DNA of 63,307 bases, filler included, from Octopus bimaculoides (taxonomy: Eukaryota): NCBI RefSeq assembly GCF_001194135.2. It is 3 parts of 3 records of this genome, joined end to end, with 100 filler letters (N's around TTAATTAATTAA, not from the genome) between each part and the next. Parts side by side here need not be neighbours in the genome. Positions count along the whole stretch, not along the records: positions 31,830 to 58,688 come from NC_068992.1; positions 58,789 to 63,307 come from NC_068981.1; 1 more part is not named here. One strand, 5' to 3'. The notes beneath the pieces are model-generated. The model was not told where the DNA came from. It did no database searches and was given only the letters and a program-made list of their open reading frames with translations. Positions 49,700-62,100 of the stretch are shown here, one piece after another; positions within the stretch are counted from its first letter, which is position 1; each line of letters begins with the position of its first letter. A program made the translations under genes and the position numbers.

Positions 49700-50510
49700 A
49701 AATGAGGAAGGGTGAAAAAAAAAACGGAAACAGAAAAGGAAGGAGAAAAAAATTAATGTTATATTTCATTTGACCGTAAAGCCATACTAAAGCTAGCTGT
49801 AGAATGAAGCCATGGATAAGGGTTCAAATCCCGCGATACAGCTGTTCAACCCGGAGTGGTCGGTGTCCTCCAATTCATCAAAAGAAATTTGTCTATGTGT
49901 TTCATGTATTTTATACCATGTCTTCCGTAGGTCACCTTTTCTACGGCTGCATGATTAACTCCGTCGTATGTGTGGCAGAATTTACAGTAACGCTACATGA
50001 TAACCTGACCGAAAAGAAGAATAACATCGGGTAATGCGAAGGCGGCTTCTAAAGACGCTGTGCAAACTAACCTATCTTCTTTCTGGTACATCGACAAAAG
50101 TAAAGACACTGACTTGGCTAGTCACGCATGCGGTATGAAGACCAATTCCACACCACTAACAGTTGAGAAGAAAATCGTAGAATAATCCATGCGTATGTTA
50201 TTGGATCTAAGAAATGAACATATGTGTAGGTGAAAGATCGCATAGTCATTTCAGATCTAAGAATTCCACCATACTGCTGAATTTCAGATCAGAAATTTTT
50301 AGCAAATGCAAACAAATGGACTAATTTCTATTGGCGAATTGGAGGATACCAGCCTCTCTCGATTGAGCAGCTATGTTGCAGACTTTGGACCCCTACCTGT
50401 GGCTTCATTCTACAAAAAGTAGCTTTATTATGGCTTTACGGTCAAAGTGGTCATAGCTCATATTTATTTTCGTTTTCTTTTTCTTTTCCGTTTTTTTTCT
50501 TCTACATTTT
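49700..50510. repeat. Long imperfect inverted repeat (about 200-bp arms around about 380 bp)
   Basis: tttgaccgtaaagccata.taaagcta, tgtagaatgaagcca and gg.(g/a)tcctccaattc...agaaatt.gtc match between 49768-49915 and the reverse complement of 50300-50446; A-rich flanks also align. Confidence 0.8.
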
Positions 50511-50559
50511 TTCCGTTTCTGCCTGAATTTCAACTTCTAATATAGTTGTATGCCAGACT

Positions 50560-50800
50560 CTTACCTGTTCTAGTCTTCTTGGTCTTTGCTCCTCACTTCC
50601 ACCCTGTGTCTTAATTCAAATTTTCTGTCCAACCAATTCCATTATTCTTACTACTTCTTTAGCATAATTATTGTATCGGTGTCTTCCTCTTTGCCTTCTT
50701 CCCTCAGTTTCATCGTGACTTTCCGGTGAGTGTCGCAACCTCATAGCCTCTACCTGCTGATCTCGTCCCTTCGCTAATCGGTCGGCACTCACGTGCACTG
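50560..50800 (-). mobile_element. RTE-like LINE 3-prime end remnant
   Basis: EGRRQRGRHRYNNYAKEV resembles the RTE C-terminal EG.R.RGRPR..Y motif. Confidence 0.45.
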
Positions 50801-51381
50801 TACCCTCTCATATAATTTGCCTTAACTGCACGCTGTCTGGCTTTCCTTTCCGGGTCTGTTCTTCAAACTATTCGTTGTTGTTTCGTTAATGGGGAGAATG
50901 AAAAAATTCATTACAGAATATGAAGGATTTATTTGTAGCCTTAGTGGAGAAAATATAAATCAAACTTAAATATCATCAGTCTATAGCACGGCAGCAACTC
51001 GTCTCGCAAGAAACCTTCTGTCTAAAATAATGATGAAGAAATCACTCGTAAATGTTGTGATGCACGACAAAAAATTGAAAAATACGTTGTTTATTTTGGA
51101 GCTTTATACTGAGTTGTATATTTGCTACGACAATATAATTTAGATTAATGAAATATATATTCTGTTTCAATACAAAAGTGTTACGTATAATTTAATCAAG
51201 CGTATTGTAAATATGCATAGAAAAACATGCGTGCAGTGTAATAAGTAAATAAGGTAAAGTTGAATACCAGCTGTCAGGAATGTGTTTAATATGTAAATTT
51301 AGCATATCCAATAATATTACAGAGCTATATTTAGTGGTTATTTAAGCAATGAATTCGTGGATTATAAATGGGTTGGATGTG

Positions 51382-51422
51382 GTACTGATGAAGGATCAAG
51401 AGCTCCTGAAATATGCATATAC
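51382..51422 (+). ncRNA. Type I hammerhead ribozyme with intact canonical core
   Basis: gua-CUGAUGA-AGGA-ucaagagc-UCCU-GAAA-U-augc-A-U-A-uac; AUA triplet 51417-51419; stem I can extend via aaugggu (51367-51373) / acccauu (51423-51429). Confidence 0.8.
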
Positions 51423-51576
51423 ACCCATTATTCATTTTCATCTTCGAGCTCATTGTTTGTTTGCATTAGGCGTATTCGGATACGAAACATCGTAACAAGT
51501 CATTGCTGGCTCTAATTTCTGTAGAAGATCTGTAGAGATAACCTTAACAAGTGAAATACTTATATCTATCTATCTA

Positions 51577-51611
<35 letters not shown>

Positions 51612-51935
51612 CAGTCGTTTGAGTGCGATCATGCTGGGGCAACTCCTTGAGGGTTTTAATAAAAAAAATCGACCCCAAGGCTTATTTCTTAAGCTTATGA
51701 CTTACTTTATCGTTTTCTCTTTTGCCGAACCGCTTATTTACTGGGGCATAAACTCACCAACACAGCTTGTCAAGCTGTGGACAAACACAAAGACACATAC
51801 ACATACGACAGGCTTCTTTCAGTTTCCGTCTACGAAATCCACTCAGAAAACTTTGATCGGCCCGAGACTATAGTAGAGAACACTTGAGCAAGGTGCATCG
51901 CAGTGGGGCTGAACCCGGAACCATATGGTTCGGAA
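51612..51935 (-). mobile_element. SINE family A
   Basis: Reverse complement has B box gggttcagcccc, ccttgctcaagtg domain and tail. Confidence 0.85.
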
Positions 51936-53292
51936 GCACGAGAGAATTGATTTGATCATCATAATCTGTGGACATAAAAGGATAACTGAGCCTCAGGTGC
52001 TTGTGCATGGGTGAGCGACTGAGTGTCTGCGCTCACCTGTGTGTGTGATTGTGTGTGCGTGTGCGTGTGTGTGTGTGAGTGTGCGTGTGTGCGTGCGCGT
52101 GCATGCGTGTGTGTGTGTGCAGAAGCAAATTTCCTTCTCATTGTCTGCAATTCTAGTGTTTATCGTATTATATCATTATTAACCAAACCATGAAAGTTTA
52201 CTGACTCTTTACTAAGCATACACACACACTAGCACACACACACACACACACACAGTAGCATACACACACACACACAGAGCATAAGTATTACTGTGATGTT
52301 AAACTAAGTAAGAAGACAGTAAAATACAAGAAAAATATATAAAAGAAGACCACATGATACAGCGGAGCATAACAAAAGCATATCCAGTGCCATGTTTTCT
52401 GTCTGTTGGATTTTGTGGGCTAAAAACAAAACGAAACGAAACGACATCTTATTACAACTGATAGGCACTTTCATTTGCACGCTAAGTTATAGTAAAAATA
52501 TCATTTCATCTGTAACAATACCTGGGATAGATAACGATATGTCTACTACACGTCACATTAGTTTGAAGATATATCAATAACAGCAACAGTAGCAGTAAGA
52601 GTAGCAACAGCAGCAGCAGCAGTGGTAGCAGCAGCTGTAGTGGTAGTAGTAACGGTGGACTACAGAAGACGTTGTATGAATTACATGAAACATTCTAAAT
52701 CAATACCATTGCACTCATTAATATCGTATCTGTGTCGTGTTTGTTTGGTTTTGAAACATTGCGGAACTACACGGAATGCCCAGTTTCATATTTTAGGAGA
52801 TACAATACTGTTGACTTCAGTTACGATCGTCAGGAATGGGGAAGACTGTAATANNNNNNNNNNNNNNNNNNNNNNNNNNNNNNNNNNNNNNNNNNNNNNN
52901 NNNNNNNNNNNNNNNNNNNNNNNNNNNNNNNNNNNNNNNNNNNNNNNNNNNNNNNNNNNNNNNNNNNNNNNNNNNNNNNNNNNNNNNNNNNNNNNNNNNN
53001 NNNNNNNNNNNNNNNNNNNNNNNNNNNNNNNNNNNNNNNNNNNNNNNNNNNNNNNNNNNNNNNNNNNNNNNNNNNNNNNNNNNNNNNNNNNNNNNNNNNN
53101 NNNNNNNNNNNNNNNNNNNNNNNNNNNNNNNNNNNNNNNNNNNNNNNNNNNNNNNNNNNNNNNNNNNNNNNNNNNNNNNNNNNNNNNNNNNNNNNNNNNN
53201 NNNNNNNNNNNNNNNNNNNNNNNNNNNNCAAAGACTAAACATTTTCAGGTGATGAATACTCAAGTATAAATATATATTTATATATTCTTTTC

Positions 53293-53452
53293 GATTAGAT
53301 CGACCTCAGTACGCAACTAGTACTAAATTCATCGACCCCGAAAGGATGAAAGCAAAGTCGACCTCGGCGGAATTTGAACTCAGAACTTAAAGGCAGACCA
53401 AATACCGCAAAGCATTTCGCCCGGCGTGCTAATGTTTCTGCCAGTTCGCCAC
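53293..53452 (-). mobile_element. SINE family B, 3-prime truncated
   Basis: Reverse complement ggtggcgaactggcagaaacattagcacgccgggcgaaatgc...gagttcaaattccgccgaggtcgac. Confidence 0.88.
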
Positions 53453-53664
53453 CATATAAGTATTTATAAACAGAGAAAACGTACACACACTACAAAGACA
53501 CAGAAAATTAAAGGGGAGAATATATAGTATTACATATCCGACACCTGTTTCTGGGGGATCGAAATTACTTCATAATGTTGGCAGATGTAATTCACTACAA
53601 TATACAACTAGCAATGAAAGGAAATAAACATTGGCTAAATCCTGCCGCCATATTCTGGTGAACT

Positions 53665-53830
53665 ACATCTCTTTTCAGTTTCCATCAATGAAATCCTCTC
53701 ACTAAGCATTACAAGTGTCTTGTACCATAGCCCATGGCTATGATACAAGGCAAGGTGCAACGTACTGGGATTGAAAACAAGACCACATGACTGACGGGAA
53801 AGCAAGCTTCTTAACCATTGAACCACGCCT
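53665..53830 (-). mobile_element. SINE family A, 5-prime half, diverged
   Basis: Reverse complement ggcgtggttcaatggttaagaagcttgc...gcaccttgcc...tggaaactgaaaa. Confidence 0.65.
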
Positions 53831-54501
53831 ATGTATCATCGCATTCTTTACCAAATTAGGAGCTGGAAATTTCTTAACAGACAATTATCAATTTAAGTCT
53901 TTTGTTCAAAATTGAAGAACCCAGCTAAATAATATATTTCCCCCGAGAGAAAGAAACGGCATTTTACTGGAAGCAATGATGTAATAAGACTTGTGTTTTA
54001 TAACAAACCAATCGATCTTATATATGTCTGTGTCAGCTTTTAGGCTCCAGATATATTTGGATAGTTAAGCAGCAAGGCGCACTTCTAAGTTTCTGGATGT
54101 AAGTATACAATGTATGTTGCCAGGTACTTTTTCATGTAAAAGATTTATTGTTACGCATTGTTTTCCATGACATCTACAAGATAATAAATGAGCTAATACA
54201 TTATAAATACACCCTGTCGTTAAGAACGGAGACGTTGCAAGCGTTTAAAGTTTCATTGATAGAAAGAGATTGTACTGATCGTGTATACACAACATGAGAG
54301 CGATACTATTTTAAAAAATACCATCGCTGATGGCTAGAGGTAGGATGATATTATTGTTCAAGGGACTTGCTCAACTGGTTAAGGTCAAACAACTGACAAG
54401 AAAATCTGTGGTATTCAGCAGAATATTTGCTGTTGCCCATCTTTTATACCAAGACAAAACAATGTACATGATAATACTTCCAATCAATTAATATCAGAAG
54501 C

Positions 54502-54553
<52 letters not shown>

Positions 54554-54799
54554 NNNNNNNNNNNNNNNNNNNNNNNNNNNNNNNNNNNNNNNNNNNNNNN
54601 NNNNNNNNNNNNNNNNNNNNNNNNNNNNNNNNNNNNNNNNNNNNNNNNNNNNNNNNNNNNNNNNNNNNNNNNNNNNNNNNNNNNNNNNNNNNNNNNNNNN
54701 NNNNNNNNNNNNNNNNNNNNNNNNNNNNNNNNNNNNNNNNNNNNNNNNNNNNNNNNNNNNNNNNNNNNNNNNNNNNNNNNNNNNNNNNNNNNNNNNNNN

Positions 54800-54833
<34 letters not shown>

Positions 54834-54839
54834 TGTTAA

Positions 54840-54903
<64 letters not shown>

Positions 54904-54929
54904 GTTATTATTATTATTATTATTATTGA

Positions 54930-55230
54930 GTGAGAGAGCAAAGTATGCCATCAAAGTGACACTGGGGTAAAATATACGAAACCTAGTATACCCACCATGA
55001 CTATCCGTCTGATAATGTACACTCGGCACATGCATCATAACCATATGTGCGTGACATGGTGATCTCATATCAAGATAAACAGCGCATGTCCTTGCAAGTG
55101 GGGCCCAGTTAGAATTTTCTTCAGGCCAAGTAGCCCATCCCGCTCCAAAAAGTCCCTGAATAAGGCTTGTCTAAGGATGTTGAACAAAACAGCATATTTC
55201 CAGAGGTGATTTATTCAAACCCCATTCTTG
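54930..55230 (-). mobile_element. Probable non-LTR element 3-prime end with (TAA)n tail
   Basis: GC-richer non-coding block whose minus strand ends directly in a long (AAT)n array; family not identified. Confidence 0.4.
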
Positions 55231-56440
55231 CGCAGTGTTAATTCTTTCTTTCTTTTTTGGGGGGAACGTGATCGTGTTCGCTATTAATTATATTTCACTA
55301 TTTACAAAGCAGTCATTACTGTACTAATGTATCATTTTATTCTCTAATTATCCAATGTCATTTAGACCTGCCAATATTATACGACGTATTTCTTAACTGT
55401 TTGTTTGTTCTCCTGTTTCACATTATTTGTACAGTCTAACGCAAGGGCGGATGGGCGGACAAGAGAGGGTTAGGGTTTATAGTTTTGGCGTTTTTAATTT
55501 TTAACACTCATAAATATCACTTTCATTACCCTAAATTGATGTATTATTTGGTTTTAGAGTTGTTTTTGTTGCTGTTGTTGTTGTTATTTTTAATTAATTT
55601 TTACGTTGTCTAAAAAAACCGTTGACTTTTATTTTACTGTGTTGATATTTTCTTTTTTTTCGCTCTGTTTCTTTTCCTGCCTGTTGGCGTGCTACAACAT
55701 CGTATAAAATATTTTCTTCTTCTTCTTCTTCTTCTTCTTCTTCTTCTTCTTCTTCTTCTTCTTCTTCTTCTNNNNNNNNNNNNNNNNNNNNNNNNNNNNN
55801 NNNNNNNNNNNNNNNNNNNNNNNNNNNNNNNNNNNNNNNNNNNNNNNNNNNNNNNNNNNNNNNNNNNNNNNNNNNNNNNNNNNNNNNNNNNNNNNNNNNN
55901 NNNNNNNNNNNNNNNNNNNNNNNNNNNNNNNNNNNNNNNNNNNNNNNNNNNNNNNNNNNNNNNNNNNNNNNNNNNNNNNNNNNNNNNNNNNNNNNNNNNN
56001 NNNNNNNNNNNNNNNNNNNNNNNNNNNNNNNNNNNNNNNNNNNNNNNNNNNNNNNNNNNNNNNNNNNNNNNNNNNNNNNNNNNNNNNNNNNNNNNNNNNN
56101 NNNNNNNNNNNNNNNNNNNNNNNNNNNNNNNNNNNNNNNNNNNNNNNNNNNNNNNNNNNNNNNNNNNNNNNNNNNNNNNNNNNNNNNNNNNNNNNNNNNN
56201 NNNNNNNNNNNNNNNNNNNNNNNNNNNNNNNNNNNNNNNNNNNNNNNNNNNNNNNNNNNNNNNNNNNNNNNNNNNNNNNNNNNNNNNNNNNNNNNNNNNN
56301 NNNNNNNNNNNNNNNNNNNNNNNNNNNNNNNNNNNNNNNNNNNNNNNNNNNNNNNNNNNNNNNNNNNNNNNNNNNNNNNNNNNNNNNNNNNNNNNNNNNN
56401 NNNNNNNNNNNNNNNNNNNNNNNNNNNNNNNNNNNNNNNN

Positions 56441-56555
56441 AGGCTTAAAACAAAAGCTGGAAGTTCTGAGGTCGATTTGTTCGACTCTAACCTTTCAAGG
56501 CGGTGTTCCAGCATGGCCGCAATCAAATAACTGAAACAAGTAAAAGAATAAAAGA
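56441..56555 (+). mobile_element. SINE family A tail
   Basis: ggtcgatttgttcgact...ttcaaggcggtgttccagcatggccgcaatcaaataactgaaacaagtaaaagaat. Confidence 0.85.
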
Positions 56556-56598
<43 letters not shown>

Positions 56599-56965
56599 CA
56601 TACACACAACACACACACACACACATATATATGCACACACACACATACATACCTACATACATACAAGAGCGTGCATATGTGTCTTTGTGTGTCTATATAT
56701 GTCTGTGTGTGTGTGTGTGCCAGTGTGTGTAAGATTTTGGCCTCAACTCAGTGAAGGAACACGTAAGACAAAATAAATATCGTTCTGAGAGATCGATTAT
56801 TTAAGCTATGCTAAAAATAATCTATCAATGTGTGGCCGGTAAGCTGTTGTATTGATGACGTTCACTGTTATTGAATTATATGGGATTAAATTGATCTGTA
56901 AGATAGCAAGTCAACCTACGAGGTAGATGATCTATATATTTTTGCTGTGTGTATGTGTGTGTGTA

Positions 56966-57003
<38 letters not shown>

Positions 57004-57115
57004 CACATTCACTTACATATATACGCAGATGCATATTTACATGTACACATGCATGCAAAAACTTGCAGTCATATCCCATCCACACCACACACATATACAT
57101 TCTTACACACATGTT

Positions 57116-57196
<81 letters not shown>

Positions 57197-57329
57197 CACC
57201 CAACACCCAACACACGCACATATTGCTTTGACGAAAGAGTTCGCCTTTTTAAGAGAAAATATGATAAGTCTTTAACATAAAGCGATTTATTCACTCATTG
57301 ATATAAATGCCGTTTAGATCAGAATCTTT

Positions 57330-57650
57330 TGCTGTCATGTGTGGCCATGTCCGTCATCACTTACTTCAAGAATTTCCTGTGTTCATTGGGAAAGAACTTT
57401 TCCCTACGAATTTTTACTTCCTCTTCAGAGTTAAAGATTTGACCATTCATTGAATTTTGAAGAAACCAAAACATGTGGAAAATCTGAATGCGCAATGTCA
57501 GACGAATATGAGAGGCAAAACTTTTCAGCCGAGCCCCAGTAATGTCTGCTGCGTTCACAAAAATGAGTGCGGTCTAAAATTGCTTGATTAAAGACGAACC
57601 CTGCACGATTAGAAAGCTCTGGTCGCTTTTGCTGGATTGCTGCATTCAAT
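57330..57650 (-). mobile_element. Decayed mariner transposase C-terminal fragment
   Basis: LNAAIQQKRPELSNRAGFVFNQ, SYSSDIAHSDF and FHMFWFLQNSMNGQIFNSEEEVK match the mariner motifs L..KRPELVNRKGVVFHQDNA, YSPDIAPSD(F/Y) and HLFRSLQN.LNG..F.S.EEVK across frameshifts. Confidence 0.85.
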
Positions 57651-57740
57651 ATAAAAGAGGCATATAAATAGATGCAGAGAAGGATACACAAACAAGTACA
57701 CACACATATATACATACATAAACATGCACGCATGCATGTT

Positions 57741-57784
<44 letters not shown>

Positions 57785-57801
57785 TGTTTGCGTGTGTATG
57801 C

Positions 57802-57853
<52 letters not shown>

Positions 57854-58051
57854 GCATGCATACGTATATATATGTGTGTACTTATACGTATATACATGAA
57901 TGCATTTATACGTAAATACAACGTATTTGTTACGCTTTTTATATCTGTCAGTCTGACTGTTTGTCACTCTCTCCGTATAATGTATATGTGTGCGTGTGCG
58001 TGTATACAATTTAATATATAAACGTATCTAAAACTTATATCTCATCCTCAT

Positions 58052-58086
<35 letters not shown>

Positions 58087-58534
58087 TTCTCTCTCTCTCT
58101 TTCTCTTATATACAAACATACATNNNNNNNNNNTATATATATATATATTCACACACACACATATATATATATATACACACATACACACAAGGATGGAGCT
58201 ATTTGTGCATTTAAAACTAAGTAGCTTGAATAATAGTTCCATTATTACATCAGATTTGTAAAAGAACACATTTCTCTCTCTCTCACACTCTCAAGAGTCT
58301 ATCTTGTGATTAATTTGTCTTCGTTCTATCTCCCTACCAATTCCAATTTCCATATCTTCTTTCATGTTTTCTTCTGGTTCTTGTTTATTCCGTATTAACT
58401 TAATCATTCTTGCTCCAACCCATGCCATTATTCTGCGTCTCATAAAAGATTCTCACACGTCTTTTCTCACTGTGTGTGGTGCGTGTATCTGTATACACAT
58501 ATATCCATATGTCTATACGTATAGATAGACAAAC

Positions 58535-58577
<43 letters not shown>

Positions 58578-58732
58578 TACAAACACAAACCTATACTTGT
58601 GCAATGAAACTTCCATCGTTTTCTTTATTCCTTTATAACAAAACCCCTCAAGCTATCACCCGCATCCACAACCACTCTCACTTCATTTNNNNNNNNNNNN
58701 NNNNNNNNNNNNNNNNNNNNNNNNNNNNNNNN

Positions 58733-58744
58733 TTAATTAATTAA
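58733..58744. other. Artificial TTAATTAATTAA linker inside an N gap
   Basis: Same as 31774-31785. Confidence 0.9.
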
Positions 58745-59125
58745 NNNNNNNNNNNNNNNNNNNNNNNNNNNNNNNNNNNNNNNNNNNNTGGTGGTGGTGG
58801 TGGTGGTGGTGGTGCTGGCTGCCTTCAATTGTGTCTTCGATGTTTAGTTGTCGACCAGCTTTTAGAATTCTCATTTCACTTTCAACTTTTTTCAAAAGAT
58901 TAAAACAAAACAAATGATACACGCTTGGAGCAAAGAGATTGAACATACGTGGGAATACAATTGGTGTTTGACACCGCAACGCACATGCATACATATATAC
59001 ATACATACATACATACATACACACACACACATAAACACACACACACATACATATATAAACGTGTATATACGTATTTCAATATATACACCTACAAAAAAGC
59101 AGATGAATAGAAACACAAATGTAAA

Positions 59126-59126
<1 letters not shown>

Positions 59127-59210
<84 letters not shown>

Positions 59211-59239
59211 GGAGGTAGGTAGGTAGGTAGGTCGGTAGG

Positions 59240-59322
<83 letters not shown>

Positions 59323-59323
59323 G

Positions 59324-59383
<60 letters not shown>

Positions 59384-59458
59384 GAAGGTAGGTAGGTAGG
59401 TAGGTAGGTAAGTAGGTAGAGAGAGAGATAAGGTACATTGATAGATCGAGAGAGAGAA

Positions 59459-59492
<34 letters not shown>
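59127..59492. repeat. Compound (AGAC)n(AGAT)n(AGGT)n array repeated twice, then (AG)n
   Basis: Direct reading. Confidence 0.9.
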
Positions 59493-59493
<1 letters not shown>

Positions 59494-59559
59494 TGCGTGT
59501 GTATGCGTGTACATACGCCCATTTCACAAATTTACATCTATATATGTACATGCATATAA

Positions 59560-59593
<34 letters not shown>

Positions 59594-59925
59594 CTTTATA
59601 CGTATACATGTGTACATCGGCTGGTCAAGATAGCTTAATTTCTCTCTTTCACGAAGTTATCCGTATAAAATGGATAAAGAAAAAACAGTAAATCTGATTC
59701 AACTGCATTATACGCCTAACTGGAGAGAATTAACAGATGCTATTGCTAAGAATTTAGCACAAATAAATCCAGATACCGAACCGTCAACCTTCGTTGATAC
59801 AATAGTGTTAACAATGCGAACATGCGCGTCAATTGTTTGTTACTGTTGTCTTTTCACTCTGACTTCTCCTTCATTGCTAATCTTTTATACAATCTTCTCT
59901 TACCAAACCAACCTGTCTTTCCATT

Positions 59926-59986
<61 letters not shown>

Positions 59987-60982
59987 NNNNNNNNNNNNNN
60001 NNNNNNNNNNNNNNNNNNNNNNNNNNNNNNNNNNNNNNNNNNNNNNNNNNNNNNNNNNNNNNNNNNNNNNNNNNNNNNNNNNNNNNNNNNNNNNNNNNNN
60101 NNNNNNNNNNNNNNNNNNNNNNNNNNNNNNNNNNNNNNNNNNNNNNNNNNNNNNNNNNNNNNNNNNNNNNNNNNNNNNNNNNNNNNNNNNNNNNNNNNNN
60201 NNNNNNNNNNNNNNNNNNNNNNNNNNNNNNNNNNNNNNNNNNNNNNNNNNNNNNNNNNNNNNNNNNNNNNNNNNNNNNNNNNNNNNNNNNNNNNNNNNNN
60301 NNNNNNNNNNNNNNNNNNNNNNNNNNNNNNNNNNNNNNNNNNNNNNNNNNNNNNNNNNNNNNNNNNNNNNNNNNNNNNNNNNNNNNNNNNNNNNNNNNNN
60401 NNNNNNNNNNNNNNNNNNNNNNNNNNNNNNNNNNNNNNNNNNNNNNNNNNNNNNNNNNNNNNNNNNNNNNNNNNNNNNNNNNNNNNNNNNNNNNNNNNNN
60501 NNNNNNNNNNNNNNNNNNNNNNNNNNNNNNNNNNNNNNNNNNNNNNNNNNNNNNNNNNNNNNNNNNNNNNNNNNNNNNNNNNNNNNNNNNNNNNNNNNNN
60601 NNNNNNNNNNNNNNNNNNNNNNNNNNNNNNNNNNNNNNNNNNNNNNNNNNNNNNNNNNNNNNNNNNNNNNNNNNNNNNNNNNNNNNNNNNNNNNNNNNNN
60701 NNNNNNNNNNNNNNNNNNNNNNNNNNNNNNNNNNNNNNNNNNNNNNNNNNNNNNNNNNNNNNNNNNNNNNNNNNNNNNNNNNNNNNNNNNNNNNNNNNNN
60801 NNNNNNNNNNNNNNNNNNNNNNNNNNNNNNNNNNNNNNNNNNNNNNNNNNNNNNNNNNNNNNNNNNNNNNNNNNNNNNNNNNNNNNNNNNNNNNNNNNNN
60901 NNNNNNNNNNNNNNNNNNNNNNNNNNNNNNNNNNNNNNNNNNNNNNNNNNNNNNNNNNNNNNNNTGTGTGTGTGCGTGCGTG

Positions 60983-61039
<57 letters not shown>

Positions 61040-61104
61040 GTGTGTGTTTGTGTGTCTGTGTTTGTGTGTTTAGCGATATATACATTCACACACATATATA
61101 TATA

Positions 61105-61407
61105 GTTTACGAATTTAATTCGTTCCTGAAGGTTGTTTGTCACCCAAAATGTTCGTAAACTGAAACTATTTTTCTCATAATAAAAATTCAAGAGTAGGCA
61201 CAGCGAATTCGAGCAGGAATATGCACTGAGCGAAATCCAATCAGCAGCTGGTGCTTTGCCGCTGATACGCCTAGCTTGTAACCAAACTTTGTAGCCGGCT
61301 TGCTCGTTCGTTACTCGAAACATCTTTCATCAGCCGAGACATTTCATGTTCGAAAAATTGCTCGATTTGTTCGTTATGAAAGGCGTTTCTAAACCAGGGC
61401 TCCACTG
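61105..61407. mobile_element. Tigger/pogo-type MITE, left end eroded
   Basis: Right end ctaaaccagggctccactg followed by TA; left remnant gtttacgaa; internal gttcg repeats. Confidence 0.5.
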
Positions 61408-61965
61408 TATATACATATATATATATATAATATATATATATAATATATATATATATATACAGCTCAGATATACCACCCTCGGCTTAGTTGTTTCATACAC
61501 AAAGAGGAAAGTATTTAATTTTTGACGCTCGTATATACTGTATCCTACCCATACTGGTCGTGCAACCTCAGTTTTAACCCAACACCATTACATTTAGTTA
61601 TTCTCTGCCGATAATGTCCACTGAACGACGAGTGAGCAACTGACTCATGCCAACCTCCCACCCTACCATGTGCGGTACACTGTGGATGGAGCTAGTATTA
61701 TTACTGAATACATTAGGCCATTGCCAAACACCGAAGTGCACCAGCACGCTACAAAAGTCCTGTCCAGACACGTGGACCTAAAAGAAAAGAAAATATCTGG
61801 TGTCGCTTTGATAGTATTAATACTACGTAATCTGAGCTGGCCAAGAGAAGCCTAAACACCTAAAAGTCATCTTAAATTTCTATCAAAATTCCCACTCTGC
61901 TCCTCTAGAATGATGCACCAACGAAAAATTTAAGTCATGTGGAACTGAATTGAACTGTCATTTAA

Positions 61966-61997
61966 GATAGATAGATAGATAGATAGATGGATAGATG

Positions 61998-62091
<94 letters not shown>

Positions 62092-62100
62092 CAGATAGAT
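61966..62100. repeat. (AGAT)n microsatellite
   Basis: Direct reading. Confidence 0.95.

Noticed and set aside
49850-50200. Weak CR1/L2-like translation (VLQFIKRNLSMC; VGHLFYGCMI) and a tRNA B-box-like ggttcaaatccc
   Set aside because: These lie partly in the inverted-repeat arm, the opposite arm lacks the B box, and motif spacing is inconsistent
59670-59930. 86-codon non-repetitive ORF start MDKEKTVNLIQLHYTPNWRELTDAIAK
   Set aside because: No recognisable domain or splice donor; length is within chance expectation and it ends in an (CT)n tract
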